48,631 nucleotides of DNA from an uncultured Prevotella sp. (GCA_900547085.1 URFI01000001.1:1-48631), one strand, 5' to 3'; positions 37,949 through 48,345 are shown, numbered from the stretch's first letter. Made by a program: numbers and translations. The notes: a model not told the origin generated them from the letters alone.

Positions 37949-38434
37949 ATGCTTCCTATTTTTCGTGTTGGTTTTGGCTATGATGTCCACAAATTAGTGG
38001 AAGGGCGCAACCTTTGGCTCGGTGGCATCAAGATAGAGCATTCGATGGGCTTGTTGGGACACAGCGATGCCGATGTCTTGATTCATGCCATTTGCGATGC
38101 TTTGCTGGGAGCAGCCAACATGCGTGACATCGGTTACCATTTCCCCGATACCTCAGATGAAACCCTCAACATGGATAGCAAGGTGATCTTGCAGAAAACC
38201 ATGGCACTCATCGCCACCAAAGGGTACCAACTCGGCAATGTTGATGCCACCGTTTGTGCCGAACAGCCCAAGATTAATCCCCATATACCCGCCATGAAGA
38301 GTTGTTTAGCCAGGCTGATGCAAACCGATGAAGACAACATCTCCATCAAGGCTACCACCAGTGAACGCATGGGCTTTGTGGGCCGTCAGGAGGGAATGGC
38401 TGCATACGCTACCGTGTTGATAGTGAAGGCATAA
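37949..38434 (+). CDS. ispF: 2-C-methyl-D-erythritol 2,4-cyclodiphosphate synthase
   Basis: RVGFGYDVH, LLGHSDADVLIHAICDALLGAA, DIGYHFPD and IKATTSERMGFVGRQEG motifs. Confidence 0.98.
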   Translation: MLPIFRVGFGYDVHKLVEGRNLWLGGIKIEHSMGLLGHSDADVLIHAICDALLGAANMRDIGYHFPDTSDETLNMDSKVILQKTMALIATKGYQLGNVDATVCAEQPKINPHIPAMKSCLARLMQTDEDNISIKATTSERMGFVGRQEGMAAYATVLIVKA

Positions 38435-38568
38435 GCGTTGGCATCATTAGTCAACGCTTCTATGAGGCAAGTGGTTGTGCGGTTTAGCTGAGCCATGAAC
38501 GCTTGCAGTTCTTAGCAGCATCCATGAGCAAGGGCGTACTTGATGGGGTTGAACACCTTTGTTTTTCT

Positions 38569-39123
38569 TTACGAAACAAGGAAATGAAACACGACAGCCA
38601 TCGTCACAACCCGCCTGATCTGTGCCAATGCAGTCGAAATATGCGTTTCTACGGTGCGTTTACTGATGTGCAAGGCTTGAGCGATTTCCTGATTTGTCAT
38701 GCCTTGCAATCTGCTCATAGTGAATACTCTGCGCCGCTGATCGGGCATTTTGCTGATAACGTTTTCAAGAATCGCCTTGAGTTCTTCACTAAAAATCATT
38801 TCTTCCAGAGAATTTTCTTCGGGAACACCCGTCTCCGGGTAACTTCTAAAATTTTGTTCATACACTTTCTGTTTGAGAGCATTGCGTGCCATAGCGAACA
38901 AATAGGCATCCCAATTGTCAACGACTCCTATTTTATCGCGTTGAATCCACAATTTAAGAAAGATATCCTGCGCAATGTCTTCAGCCTCATTTTCGTCTTT
39001 GACGATGGCATAAACGAAATTTCTCACCTTGGCATAATAACGTGTAAATAGCATATCGTATGCCTCTGGGCATTCGATATCCTGTGGGTTGGTTTGCCCT
39101 ACCGTTATTATTTTCTTAGACAT
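38569..39123 (-). CDS. ECF RNA polymerase sigma-70 factor (Bacteroidetes PUL type)
   Basis: Region 2 AEDIAQDIFLKLW..AYLFAMARN; region 4 MPDQRRRVFTMSRLQGMTNQEIAQALHISKRTVETHISTAL; divergent from the fecR-like gene. Confidence 0.93.
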   Translation of the reverse strand: MSKKIITVGQTNPQDIECPEAYDMLFTRYYAKVRNFVYAIVKDENEAEDIAQDIFLKLWIQRDKIGVVDNWDAYLFAMARNALKQKVYEQNFRSYPETGVPEENSLEEMIFSEELKAILENVISKMPDQRRRVFTMSRLQGMTNQEIAQALHISKRTVETHISTALAQIRRVVTMAVVFHFLVS

Positions 39124-39152
39124 TGAAAGGTGATTATAAGTATTCTTTTGCG

Positions 39153-39160
39153 CAAATATA
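39153..39160 (-). promoter_or_regulatory. -7 promoter element for the ECF sigma gene
   Basis: CAAATATA reads TATATTTG on the minus strand, 30 bp upstream of ATG 39123. Confidence 0.6.
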
Positions 39161-39199
39161 CGATAAAAAACAACATCTTAAAAAATATTACATTGATTT

Positions 39200-39725
39200 T
39201 ACAAACCCTTCGTGTTGAAAAGCAACTGCTTGACCGGCGTGATGTGTTGCTGCCAAACGAGCCGTCGGTAGTAGTGTAAATCTTCGTGAGTTGCCTTAAA
39301 TTCCGCATGAAAAGTTGATTTTTTATCACAAAAAACGCCCTAAAAACAGCCAGTTCAAACTTTCAATCTAGAAAAAATCAATAGGCAAACAGCATGCAAA
39401 AATGAGTTGAACGGGTAAGAAATTTCGACTTTTGGCGCAAAAGCAATGAGTTTTCTGCGCAAGCTGCTTGACTTTGATGAGCTATCTACATGCTCTAACC
39501 TGTAAAAAGCATGCAGATAACACCCTTAATGCAATGCTTTTGCCCTAAAAAGAGATGAAATGCAAGTCTAAAATCGCCCACAAAACTTACAATACATTGA
39601 TTGATAAACAAATACAAAAGTTGCGAATGCTTGGCGAATTTGCGACCAAATGAGTAACTGTTTGCAAATACACAAAATATGAAGAGGTTCTTTGTCAAAA
39701 TAAAATCAAATGAGTTACCAGGTTG
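39200..39725 (-). mobile_element. Dispersed non-coding element, copy C (reverse orientation), MITE-like
   Basis: 22-bp-period units at 39438, 39460, 39482, 39504 and 39526. The reverse complement aligns by eye with 22640-23130, e.g. GCCTATTGATTTTTTCTAGATTGAAAG..GGCTGTTTTTAGGGCG versus GCCTATTGTTTTTCTCCAGAATGAAAA..GGCTGTTTTTGGGCC. Confidence 0.7.
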
Positions 39726-39862
39726 ATGTCAAGCTTTTATCTTCACAGGATGCACCCTTTTGTGGTACCGATAGGCTGTTGTTTATTCTCAAATCATCAT
39801 TTAACATCTTTTAACTGCGTGTGTTGGCCGTTATCATTGTCTATTGAGTAAAACCCTAAATC

Positions 39863-40885
39863 ATGAACAAGGAAACCGCATACAAAATCATTAGATATTT
39901 TGCAGATGGACTCATTCCGTCTCGCTATCGTCAACAAGTGATGGCGTGGCTCATTGACGAGGCTGATAGAGAGGCGAAAGACGTAGCGTTAAAACGCGTT
40001 TGGGATGAAACCGATGACGTGATGAATGCCGATGACATGTCGCAATCGGTTCTGCGAAATCAAGCTCTTCGTGCTCATCATGGTCATCAGGAGCGTGCTC
40101 GCCAAATACGTTTGAAGGTATTGAAGTATGCAGCTGTTATCTTCTTACCCATTGCTTTATGTTTGGGTACGTGGCTGATGGCTTCAAACCAGATGGCTTC
40201 TCAAGCTATGCTCACCGAATGTCATGTGGAAAACGGGCAAACTAAAGTCTTGCGTTTGTCCGATGGTACCCTGGTACGCCTCAACGCAGGTTCTTCTTTG
40301 TTTTATCCTCAACGCTTTAATCGTTTTTTTTCTCGGCGTGATGTCTACTTAGACGGAGAGGCACATTTTGACGTTGCTAAAAATAACAGTCAGCCTTTTA
40401 TCGTACATGTGGGCAATTTGAAGGTCAAGGTACTGGGAACCCATTTTAACGTGAAGGCCTACCCTGCCGACGAACTGGTTACCACAACCTTGGAACAAGG
40501 TAAGGTGAAAGTTTATGAAGACAAAATTGCCATGACGCTGTTGCCCGATGAACAGGCGGTGTACAATCGCATCAGTGGTAAAATGACGAAGCGTAGCGTG
40601 GACAGCGGGAAGTACAATCAATGGATGAACGGTAAATTGTTGTTCGATCAAACGCCTTTGAAAGTGATTATTGCTGATTTGCAGCGTCGATACAATGTCT
40701 GTATCAAGGCCACTCCGGCAGTTGATTTGTCACAGCAATTCACCATGGCTTTCAGGGCAGATGAGGGTATTGACGACGTGATGAAAGTGCTGACGAAAAT
40801 ATCTGGGAACTTAGATTATACTTATCAACAACATACAATTACACTTGATGTGAAGAAAGGAGGACACAAAGCAGGCAATATGTAA
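39863..40885 (+). CDS. FecR-family anti-sigma factor
   Basis: Single TM (KYAAVIFLPIALCLGTWLM); LRLSDGTLVRLNAGSSL, VYLDGEAHFDVAKN..PFIV, VKVLGTHFNVKAY and TTLEQGKV motifs. Confidence 0.94.
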   Translation: MNKETAYKIIRYFADGLIPSRYRQQVMAWLIDEADREAKDVALKRVWDETDDVMNADDMSQSVLRNQALRAHHGHQERARQIRLKVLKYAAVIFLPIALCLGTWLMASNQMASQAMLTECHVENGQTKVLRLSDGTLVRLNAGSSLFYPQRFNRFFSRRDVYLDGEAHFDVAKNNSQPFIVHVGNLKVKVLGTHFNVKAYPADELVTTTLEQGKVKVYEDKIAMTLLPDEQAVYNRISGKMTKRSVDSGKYNQWMNGKLLFDQTPLKVIIADLQRRYNVCIKATPAVDLSQQFTMAFRADEGIDDVMKVLTKISGNLDYTYQQHTITLDVKKGGHKAGNM

Positions 40886-41001
40886 TAATAACATGTAAAT
40901 ATTGAGGCCGCATCAGGGTGATGGCATGAAGATCAATCACGGATGCGCACGATTAACGAATCTATATTAAAACTATCAATTTATTTTATTTACACAAAGT
41001 A

Positions 41002-44000
41002 ATGAAACCTAAGGCTAAAAAAACACTGTTAACGATGATGCCATTCAGCAAAACTTTTTTGGTTGGCGCATTGTTATTTATTTCATCAGCAGGGTTCGCA
41101 CAAAATCAAGTCATCAAGTTGCAGCAACGCAAAGCAACGCTGAAGACTCTGATTACTGCTATTGAAAAACAAACCAACAAATCAGTGGACTATGGACAAA
41201 ATGTCATCAATTTGAAGAAGGTAGTCCAAGTTAGTTCTAACAAGATGAAGTTGTCCGATCTCTTACAAGAACTTTTCAAGGGCACCAACGTCGATTACAC
41301 CATTACCGACCACCACATCTTGATTAGTGAGAAACCTAAAGCTAAAGTCAGCACTTCTGCGCAAGACCAGGCTACCATTAAGGTGACAGGGCAAGTGACA
41401 GATGCGAATGGCGAATCACTCCCAGGTGTTACGGTGAGAGTGAAGGGCAGCAAGACTGCAACTGCCACTGATATTGATGGAAACTACAGCCTCAATGTTC
41501 GTAGCAATGACATACTTGAATTTTCGTATGTTGGATTTACTACTCGCGAATTCAAAGCTTCTGATGTCACCTCTACTACTGTCTTGAACGAAAGTTCTAA
41601 ACAACTGGGTGAAGTGGTAGTAACGGCTCTTGGTATCAAGCGCGAAGAGAAGGCTTTGAGCTACAATGTACAACAAGTAAAGAGCGAAGAACTGACTCGT
41701 AACAAGGATGCCAACTTTGTCAACTCGCTCAGTGGTAAGGTGGCAGGCGTAAGCATTACCAAAAGTGCCAGTGGCGTGGGTGGTGCCACGCGTGTGGTTA
41801 TGCGTGGTGCTAAATCTATTGAAGGCAGCAACAATGTGTTGTATGTAATAGATGGTATCCCCTTGTTCAACTTCAATGGAGGTTCAGATAGTGGTGTTTT
41901 AGGAGAGGGACGTGTCAGCAGTGAAGGCATTGCCGACTTTAACCCTGAAGATATTGAGAGTATCAACGTTTTGGCAGGTCCTTCTGCCGCTGCCTTGTAT
42001 GGTAGTAATGCAGCAAATGGTGCTATCCTCATTACCACTAAAAAGGGTAAAGAGGGGAAAATGGAGATATCCTTCTCGTCAGCAGCCGATTTCAGCTCTC
42101 CCTTGCTCATGCCTAAGTTCCAAAACACTTATGGTAACAAAGCAGGTTCTTACGAGAGCTGGGGTGAAAAACTTGCAACGCCCAGTTCATACGATCCTGC
42201 AAAAGACTTCTTCCGCACAGGTACTAACTTTATCAACTCATTGACCCTAAACACAGGTAATGAGTATAATCAAACCTTTGCATCGGTAGCTTCGACTAAT
42301 TCAAAGGGCATTGTGCCAAACAATACGTACGACCGATTGAACTTTACAGTCCGTAATTCTTCAAAACTCTTTGGTGGTAAGGTTCAATTAGATTTAGGCG
42401 CATCGTACATCAAGCAAAAAGACAACAATATGGTATCTCAAGGTGAGTATTGGAATCCTATTGTTGCTGCTTATCTGTTCCCACGTGGCGAGTCGTTCGA
42501 CGCCATCAAAACGTTTGAGCGTTACGATAATACACGAAACTTCCCATTGCAGTATTGGCCCATATTAGATGGTAAATTTGCCAATCAAAACCCTTACTGG
42601 ACAGCTTATCGTAATTTAGCTCCTGATGATAAAGACCGTTATATGTTTAATGCAGGTCTCACTTATCACGTTTTAGATTGGTTGGATCTTGCAGGTCGTG
42701 TACGTTTTGACAGAACTTTCATGACCAGCGAACGAAAAATTTATGCTTCTTCATACGATGTGTTTGCTAAGTCAAAGGGCGCATACGAATACTATAATTA
42801 TAAAGATCATCAGACCTATGTTGACTTTATTGCCAGTATCAACAAGAGGTTTGGCGATTTTAGCTTAGCTTCCAACATTGGTTACAGCTATTCAGATTAT
42901 GGCTCACTCACCAGAGGCTATGGTGGTAACCTGACGTTGGTACCCAATAAGTTTTCTTTGACGAACATCGATCCTACCGATAGTAAGATTCGCGAGGAAG
43001 GTGGCGACAGCAAGGTGCGCAATGTGGCAGCCTTTGCCAGTGCTGAATTAGGCTACAAGAGCATGCTCTACCTTACCTTGACAGGCAGAAACGACTGGAA
43101 TTCGCGCTTGGTTAATTCTTCCGAAGAGTCGTTCTTCTATCCTTCAGTAGGTTTGTCAGGCATCATTTCTGAAATGGTAAAATTACCCAAAGCCATTTCT
43201 TACCTCAAAGTAAGAGGTTCGTTCACCGAAGTAGGTTCGCCAGTATCACGTTCGGGTATGACACCGGGAACCATTACAACGCCTATTTTGGGCGGTAGTT
43301 TGAAATCAACCGACATTTATCCGTTTACCGATTATAAGGCAGAACGTACAAAGTCGTATGAGCTTGGTTTGACGGCACGTTTATTTAAAAAGCTATCTTT
43401 CGACTTCACATGGTACAAGTCGAACACCTACAACCAAACGTTTATCGGTGAATTGCCCGAAAGCTCTGGTTATAAAGCCGTATATCTACAAGCAGGAAAT
43501 GTGGAAAACCGCGGTGTGGAGATGACTTTGGGTTATCATGACAACTTTGGCGAGTTGGCTTGGAACTCTTCGCTTACCTATTCGCACAACAACAACGAAA
43601 TTATTGAGATGGTGAAGGATTATACTCACCCCATGAGTCCCAAACCTATTAACATTCCTCAAGTTTCTAAAGACAATGGTCGTGTTATCTTAAAGGTTGG
43701 AGGTTCTATCAACGACATCTATGCAAATAAGTTCTTGGCTAAAGATAATCAAGGCTTTATCAATGTTACCTCGTCTGGTGGCTTCAACGTAGAGAATGTA
43801 GAACCTGTGTACCTCGGTAAGACCACACCAGATTTTACGATGGGTTGGAACAACTCATTCTCTTACAAAGGTTTCGGACTAAGTTTCTTAATCAATGCAC
43901 GTGTGGGCGGTGTTGTTACTTCTTCTACACAAGCATTGCTCGACAAGTTTGGTGTGTCGCAAGCCTCTGCCGATGCTCGTGATGCTGGTGGTGTGCTGAT

Positions 44001-44328
44001 ACCAGAACAGGGAGTGTTCGATGCCAAAAACTATTATAACTTGATAGGTACAGGCGAAACAGCCTTGGCTGGCTATTATACCTATAGTGCGACCAATGTT
44101 AGATTGCAAGAGTTTACTTTCAGTTACAAGTTTAATTCTCGTTGGTCCAATAATGTATTGAAAGATTTAACACTCTCGTTTGTGGCTAACAATCCTTGGA
44201 TGATTTATTGCAAGGCGCCTTTCGATCCAGAGGTGACTCCTTCTACAGGAACTTATGGACAAGGAAACGATTACTTCATGCAGCCCAGTCTGAAGAGTTA
44301 CGGATTTAGTGTAAAATTTAAATTCTAA
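41002..44328 (+). CDS. SusC-family TonB-dependent transducer with an N-terminal signalling (STN) extension
   Basis: STN-like TLKTLITAIEKQT..LQELFKGTNVDYTITDHHILI; EVVVTALGIKREEKALSY; GPSAAALYGSNAANGAILITTKKG; C-terminal Phe. Confidence 0.95.
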   Translation: MKPKAKKTLLTMMPFSKTFLVGALLFISSAGFAQNQVIKLQQRKATLKTLITAIEKQTNKSVDYGQNVINLKKVVQVSSNKMKLSDLLQELFKGTNVDYTITDHHILISEKPKAKVSTSAQDQATIKVTGQVTDANGESLPGVTVRVKGSKTATATDIDGNYSLNVRSNDILEFSYVGFTTREFKASDVTSTTVLNESSKQLGEVVVTALGIKREEKALSYNVQQVKSEELTRNKDANFVNSLSGKVAGVSITKSASGVGGATRVVMRGAKSIEGSNNVLYVIDGIPLFNFNGGSDSGVLGEGRVSSEGIADFNPEDIESINVLAGPSAAALYGSNAANGAILITTKKGKEGKMEISFSSAADFSSPLLMPKFQNTYGNKAGSYESWGEKLATPSSYDPAKDFFRTGTNFINSLTLNTGNEYNQTFASVASTNSKGIVPNNTYDRLNFTVRNSSKLFGGKVQLDLGASYIKQKDNNMVSQGEYWNPIVAAYLFPRGESFDAIKTFERYDNTRNFPLQYWPILDGKFANQNPYWTAYRNLAPDDKDRYMFNAGLTYHVLDWLDLAGRVRFDRTFMTSERKIYASSYDVFAKSKGAYEYYNYKDHQTYVDFIASINKRFGDFSLASNIGYSYSDYGSLTRGYGGNLTLVPNKFSLTNIDPTDSKIREEGGDSKVRNVAAFASAELGYKSMLYLTLTGRNDWNSRLVNSSEESFFYPSVGLSGIISEMVKLPKAISYLKVRGSFTEVGSPVSRSGMTPGTITTPILGGSLKSTDIYPFTDYKAERTKSYELGLTARLFKKLSFDFTWYKSNTYNQTFIGELPESSGYKAVYLQAGNVENRGVEMTLGYHDNFGELAWNSSLTYSHNNNEIIEMVKDYTHPMSPKPINIPQVSKDNGRVILKVGGSINDIYANKFLAKDNQGFINVTSSGGFNVENVEPVYLGKTTPDFTMGWNNSFSYKGFGLSFLINARVGGVVTSSTQALLDKFGVSQASADARDAGGVLIPEQGVFDAKNYYNLIGTGETALAGYYTYSATNVRLQEFTFSYKFNSRWSNNVLKDLTLSFVANNPWMIYCKAPFDPEVTPSTGTYGQGNDYFMQPSLKSYGFSVKFKF

Positions 44329-44334
44329 TCAACT

Positions 44335-45966
44335 ATGAAATTTCTAAGATATAAACAATATATGATAGGTTTATTGGCTTTGTCATTGTTTGCTTCGTGC
44401 GACTTTGAGAAAATCAATACCAACGAGTTCGAGATGCTTCCCGAAGAAGGTAAAATGGACGGTATCTCTGTCGGTGGTCCTATAACAGCTTTGCAAAAGT
44501 GCGTAGTACCTGTTGGTACACAAGACGACGGAACAAATGTTGCCAACGAATATCAAGTAGCTTATCATTTGGCTGCCGATTGTTGGAGTGGTTACTTTGC
44601 TCAAAACAACAACTGGAACAGCGGTCGTAACAACTTAACCTATTTCTTAATGGACGGTTGGGTATCGGCATCGTACACTTCGGCATACACCAAAGTGATA
44701 CCGTTGTGGCAAGACATCAAGATAAAGACCGAGAAAGATTTCCCAGAGGCGTATGCTTTGGCACAAATTCTCAAAGTATCTACTTGGCATAAGGCTACTG
44801 ATATGTTCGGTCCCATTCCTTACAAAGAGGCAGGAAAGGGTCTTATTAGTGTACCTTATGACAGTCAGGCAGACGTGTACAAATACATGTTTGAGGATTT
44901 GACGAATGCCATTGGCGTGCTGACAAATGCTCTTGAGCATGGTACTACCAAATTGTTGCCCAATGCCGATGCCGTATATGGAGGCAATGTGAAGAAATGG
45001 ATAGTTTATGCCAACTCTCTAATGCTTCGCTTGGCGATGCGTGTATATTATGCTGACGAGGCGATGTCAAAGAAGTATGTATTGCAAGCGGTGAACAATC
45101 CTTACGGTGTAATGCAGTCTAAGGACGATGAAGCCAAGATGGAAAAAGGTGCAGGAATTACCTTTATCAACAATATTGAGATTTTATCAAATCAGTACAA
45201 TGAATGTCGCATGGGTTCGTCAATGCAGGCTTATTTAGGTGGATACGAAGATCCACGACTTCCTAAATACTTTACAGAGTCTGAAGCTTATTACGCTCAG
45301 GAGTTGGGACAATACGGAAAATACCTGGCAGTGCCAACTGGTAATATAGCTTCGCAGAACGATGTATTTAAAATGGCATCAAGACCTAATGTAACCAAGA
45401 CAACCGCCACTTATTGGATGCGCGCATCCGAAGTGTATTTCCTTTTGGCGGAAGCTGCGTTACATGGCATATCTGTCAATGGTTCTGCCGAAGACTTGTA
45501 TCGCAAGGGCATTGCCATGTCGTTCGAGGAGAATGGCATTTCTGCCAATGAGGTAGACAACTATATGAACTCTGGCCGTACACCAATGGAGTATAGTTTG
45601 AATATGTGGAGTCCTAACGTGAATGTTTCTGAGCCTTCTGTTACAAATGCTACCGTAAAATGGGGTGGCAGTAACGAAGAGAAGTTAGAGAAAATCATGA
45701 TTCAAAAATGGATTGCACTGTATCCTAACGGACAAGAAGCTTGGAGTGAATATCGTCGTACGGGCTATCCAAAGCTACACAAGGTAATGGCGAATTACAG
45801 CAACGGTGAGGTGGATACCAACATTGGTATTCGCAGAATGCGTTACCCTGCCAATAGGGCTACATCTGATGAGGACAAGCAGAACTTGGACAAAGCGCGT
45901 CAGATGCTGCGTGACGGACAGGATAAGGCTGGTACTCGCCTGTGGTGGGATAATAAGAATAAATAA
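44335..45966 (+). CDS. SusD-like lipoprotein
   Basis: Lipobox FAS-C; TDMFGPIPY, YDSQ..Y, KWIVYANSLMLRLAMR, SEVYFLLAEAAL and IQKWIALYPNGQEAWSEYRRTGYP motifs. Confidence 0.94.
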   Translation: MKFLRYKQYMIGLLALSLFASCDFEKINTNEFEMLPEEGKMDGISVGGPITALQKCVVPVGTQDDGTNVANEYQVAYHLAADCWSGYFAQNNNWNSGRNNLTYFLMDGWVSASYTSAYTKVIPLWQDIKIKTEKDFPEAYALAQILKVSTWHKATDMFGPIPYKEAGKGLISVPYDSQADVYKYMFEDLTNAIGVLTNALEHGTTKLLPNADAVYGGNVKKWIVYANSLMLRLAMRVYYADEAMSKKYVLQAVNNPYGVMQSKDDEAKMEKGAGITFINNIEILSNQYNECRMGSSMQAYLGGYEDPRLPKYFTESEAYYAQELGQYGKYLAVPTGNIASQNDVFKMASRPNVTKTTATYWMRASEVYFLLAEAALHGISVNGSAEDLYRKGIAMSFEENGISANEVDNYMNSGRTPMEYSLNMWSPNVNVSEPSVTNATVKWGGSNEEKLEKIMIQKWIALYPNGQEAWSEYRRTGYPKLHKVMANYSNGEVDTNIGIRRMRYPANRATSDEDKQNLDKARQMLRDGQDKAGTRLWWDNKNK

Positions 45967-45987
45967 TATACTTAAAATCGAAAAATA

Positions 45988-47106
45988 ATGAAACGTTTTA
46001 AATATCATCAACTATTTCTCGCTCTTGCGATAGGAATGTTCATGACCTCCTGTAGTGATATGGTAGAACCCGAACCAAAAGAGTTTGACCATGTAGGTGG
46101 TTATAACACCATGAACAACGCAAAGAGCGAACAATATTATGCTGATTTAAGAGCTTATAAGAAAACGGCTAATAATTATGGTCGCCCTGTAGCATTTGGT
46201 TGGTATTCTAACTGGTCGCCAGCAGGCACTTACCGTAGAGGCTACCTTAGTTCAATGCCCGACAGTATGGACATTGTGTCTATGTGGAGTGGTGCCCCTA
46301 ACAGATTTGAAATCACACCTGCACAAAAGGCTGACAAAGAGTTTGTGCAAAAAGTGAAAGGAACCAGACTGCTGGAAGTAACCCTACTTTCTTATATCGG
46401 AAAGGGTAGAACTCCTGATTATGTGTACCACGAAGTAGAGAAAAAAGCAGAACAAGAAGGTTGGAGCAAAGACGAAGCGCGGCTGAACGAGGCAAAGAAA
46501 CAGGCGCGTTGGAAGTTCTGGGGCTACAATGGTGTACGTGGTTCAGAGAACCATAAACAGGCGTTGGCAAAGTTTGCGAAAGCTCTCTGTGACTCGTTGG
46601 TAGCTAACGATTGGGATGGTTATGACATCGACTGGGAAATTGGAAGTGGTGTCTTTGACATGGATGGAACTTTACAAACCAATGAAGACTTGATTTATTT
46701 AATTAAGGAAATGAACAAGTATATTGGTCCTAAGAGTGATCCCGAGGGCAATGGCCACAAACTAATTTGTATTGACGGACAATTCCATGGTCTAACCAAA
46801 GCCTTGGACGGCTATGTTGATTATTGGATTGCACAATCGTATGGCTGGGTACCCAATTTAGACAGCTATGATTTTGATACCAAAAAGCTGATTATTACCG
46901 ATAATTTTGAATCGAGTTTTAGTAGTGGTGGTCAATTATTAAGACAGGCAGCCCAAATGCCAGCCAACGGGTATAAAGGAGGCGTAGGTGCTTATCGTTT
47001 TGACAACGACTACGACAACACGCCTAATTACAAGTGGATGCGCCAAGCCATTCAAATCAACCAAAAGGTTTATAATGAATGGAAAGCCAACCAAAAGAAA
47101 AAGTAG
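45988..47106 (+). CDS. GH18-family endo-beta-N-acetylglucosaminidase-like lipoprotein
   Basis: Lipobox MTS-C; YYADLRAYK..FGWYSNW..MPDSMDIVSMW; intact DxxDxDxE motif (DGYDIDWE); KGGVGAY near the C-terminus. Confidence 0.88.
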   Translation: MKRFKYHQLFLALAIGMFMTSCSDMVEPEPKEFDHVGGYNTMNNAKSEQYYADLRAYKKTANNYGRPVAFGWYSNWSPAGTYRRGYLSSMPDSMDIVSMWSGAPNRFEITPAQKADKEFVQKVKGTRLLEVTLLSYIGKGRTPDYVYHEVEKKAEQEGWSKDEARLNEAKKQARWKFWGYNGVRGSENHKQALAKFAKALCDSLVANDWDGYDIDWEIGSGVFDMDGTLQTNEDLIYLIKEMNKYIGPKSDPEGNGHKLICIDGQFHGLTKALDGYVDYWIAQSYGWVPNLDSYDFDTKKLIITDNFESSFSSGGQLLRQAAQMPANGYKGGVGAYRFDNDYDNTPNYKWMRQAIQINQKVYNEWKANQKKK

Positions 47107-47135
47107 TTTAGTGAATCATCAAAAATGAGTTAACA

Positions 47136-48278
47136 ATGAAAAACAAACATATATGCCGTTCTCTTTTAATGGGAGGGTTAGCCCTCTTGTTAGGAGCATG
47201 CAGTAATGAAAGCGAGAGTGATTTGCTCGCAGAAAAAGTTTATTTCGAGAGCAGTGAATATCAGGTAACGATGAAAGAGGAAAAAGATGTGATGGATGTC
47301 AATATCACCTCTCGTCTTAGCAATCTTCTATCGTCGGATGTAAACGTATCGTATGAGGTAGCAGAAGAGTCATTGGTGAAAGAGTATAATGCGAAGCATG
47401 GTACAGGCTATTTACCCTTCAATGCGCAAAATGCGAAAATAAACACGCCTCAAGCTGTGATTGAAGCAGGTGCGACACACGCCAAACCGGTAGTGCTTTC
47501 CCTCTCTGGGTTGAATAGTCTTGAAGCAGGAAAGTCTTATATCTTGCCTGTTCGAGTGAAATCAAGTAGTGTTCCAACAGTTGCTGGTGAGGATATAGAA
47601 TATGTTATTTTAGCGAAACCAATCTTAATTAACAAGGTAGGTACGTTTACAAATCACTATATTTCTGTAAAATTCCCAGCAGGAACTTTCTTTAAATCGT
47701 TTACCTATGAGGCTTTAGTTTATTCTTCTGGCTGGGGATCTAATAATACCATCATGGGTTGCGAAGGTATCATGATATTACGCGTTGGTGACGAAGGTGG
47801 CGGCATTAGTAGAGGTATTTTGCAAATTGCAGGAAACCAACATTATGAATCGCCTGACAAACTGCCCGCTAAGCAGTGGTGTCATGTCGCCATCACTTAC
47901 GATCAGCCTTCTGGAAAAACGGTTCTGTACTTGAATGGTGCCAAATGGGCAGAGTCTACTTGGAACATTGCTGGCTTCGATCCTAATAAGGATGTCGGCT
48001 TTAACATTGGTAAGCTGGCAGGATTCCCATGGGGAGAACGTCCATTCTATGGTTATATGAGCGAAATGAGAGTATGGAGCGTGGCTCGTACCGAGAAGCA
48101 AATCAAACAATTCATGTTAGGAGTTGATCCTAAGTCTGACGGACTTGAATTGTATTATAAGCTTGATGGCTCTGAGAAAGTAGAGGGCAATATTATCAAG
48201 GACGCTGCCAAGAATTTGGATGGCAAGACAAACGGTATTGATATTACTACCTTAGATGAACCTATCTCCATCAAATAA
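47136..48278 (+). CDS. DUF1735 + LamG/concanavalin-A-like lectin domain lipoprotein (surface glycan-binding protein)
   Basis: Lipobox LGA-C; LVKEYNAKHGTGYLP and YILPVRV (DUF1735-like); FTYEALV, WCHVAITYD..TVLYLNG, FYGYMSEMRVWSVART and LELYYKLD (LamG). Confidence 0.88.
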   Translation: MKNKHICRSLLMGGLALLLGACSNESESDLLAEKVYFESSEYQVTMKEEKDVMDVNITSRLSNLLSSDVNVSYEVAEESLVKEYNAKHGTGYLPFNAQNAKINTPQAVIEAGATHAKPVVLSLSGLNSLEAGKSYILPVRVKSSSVPTVAGEDIEYVILAKPILINKVGTFTNHYISVKFPAGTFFKSFTYEALVYSSGWGSNNTIMGCEGIMILRVGDEGGGISRGILQIAGNQHYESPDKLPAKQWCHVAITYDQPSGKTVLYLNGAKWAESTWNIAGFDPNKDVGFNIGKLAGFPWGERPFYGYMSEMRVWSVARTEKQIKQFMLGVDPKSDGLELYYKLDGSEKVEGNIIKDAAKNLDGKTNGIDITTLDEPISIK

Positions 48279-48305
48279 TTTTTGAGAGTGATATAAAATG
48301 CAAAC

Positions 48306-48345
48306 AAAAGGAGGTGTGCGACCATGCGTACACCTCCTTTTATTT
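48306..48345 (+). terminator. Rho-independent terminator ending the N-glycan locus
   Basis: AAAAGGAGGTGTGCG-ACCATG-CGTACACCTCCTTTTATTT. Confidence 0.85.

Noticed and set aside
38503..39051. 182-aa plus-strand ORF
   Set aside because: Antisense shadow of the ECF sigma gene.
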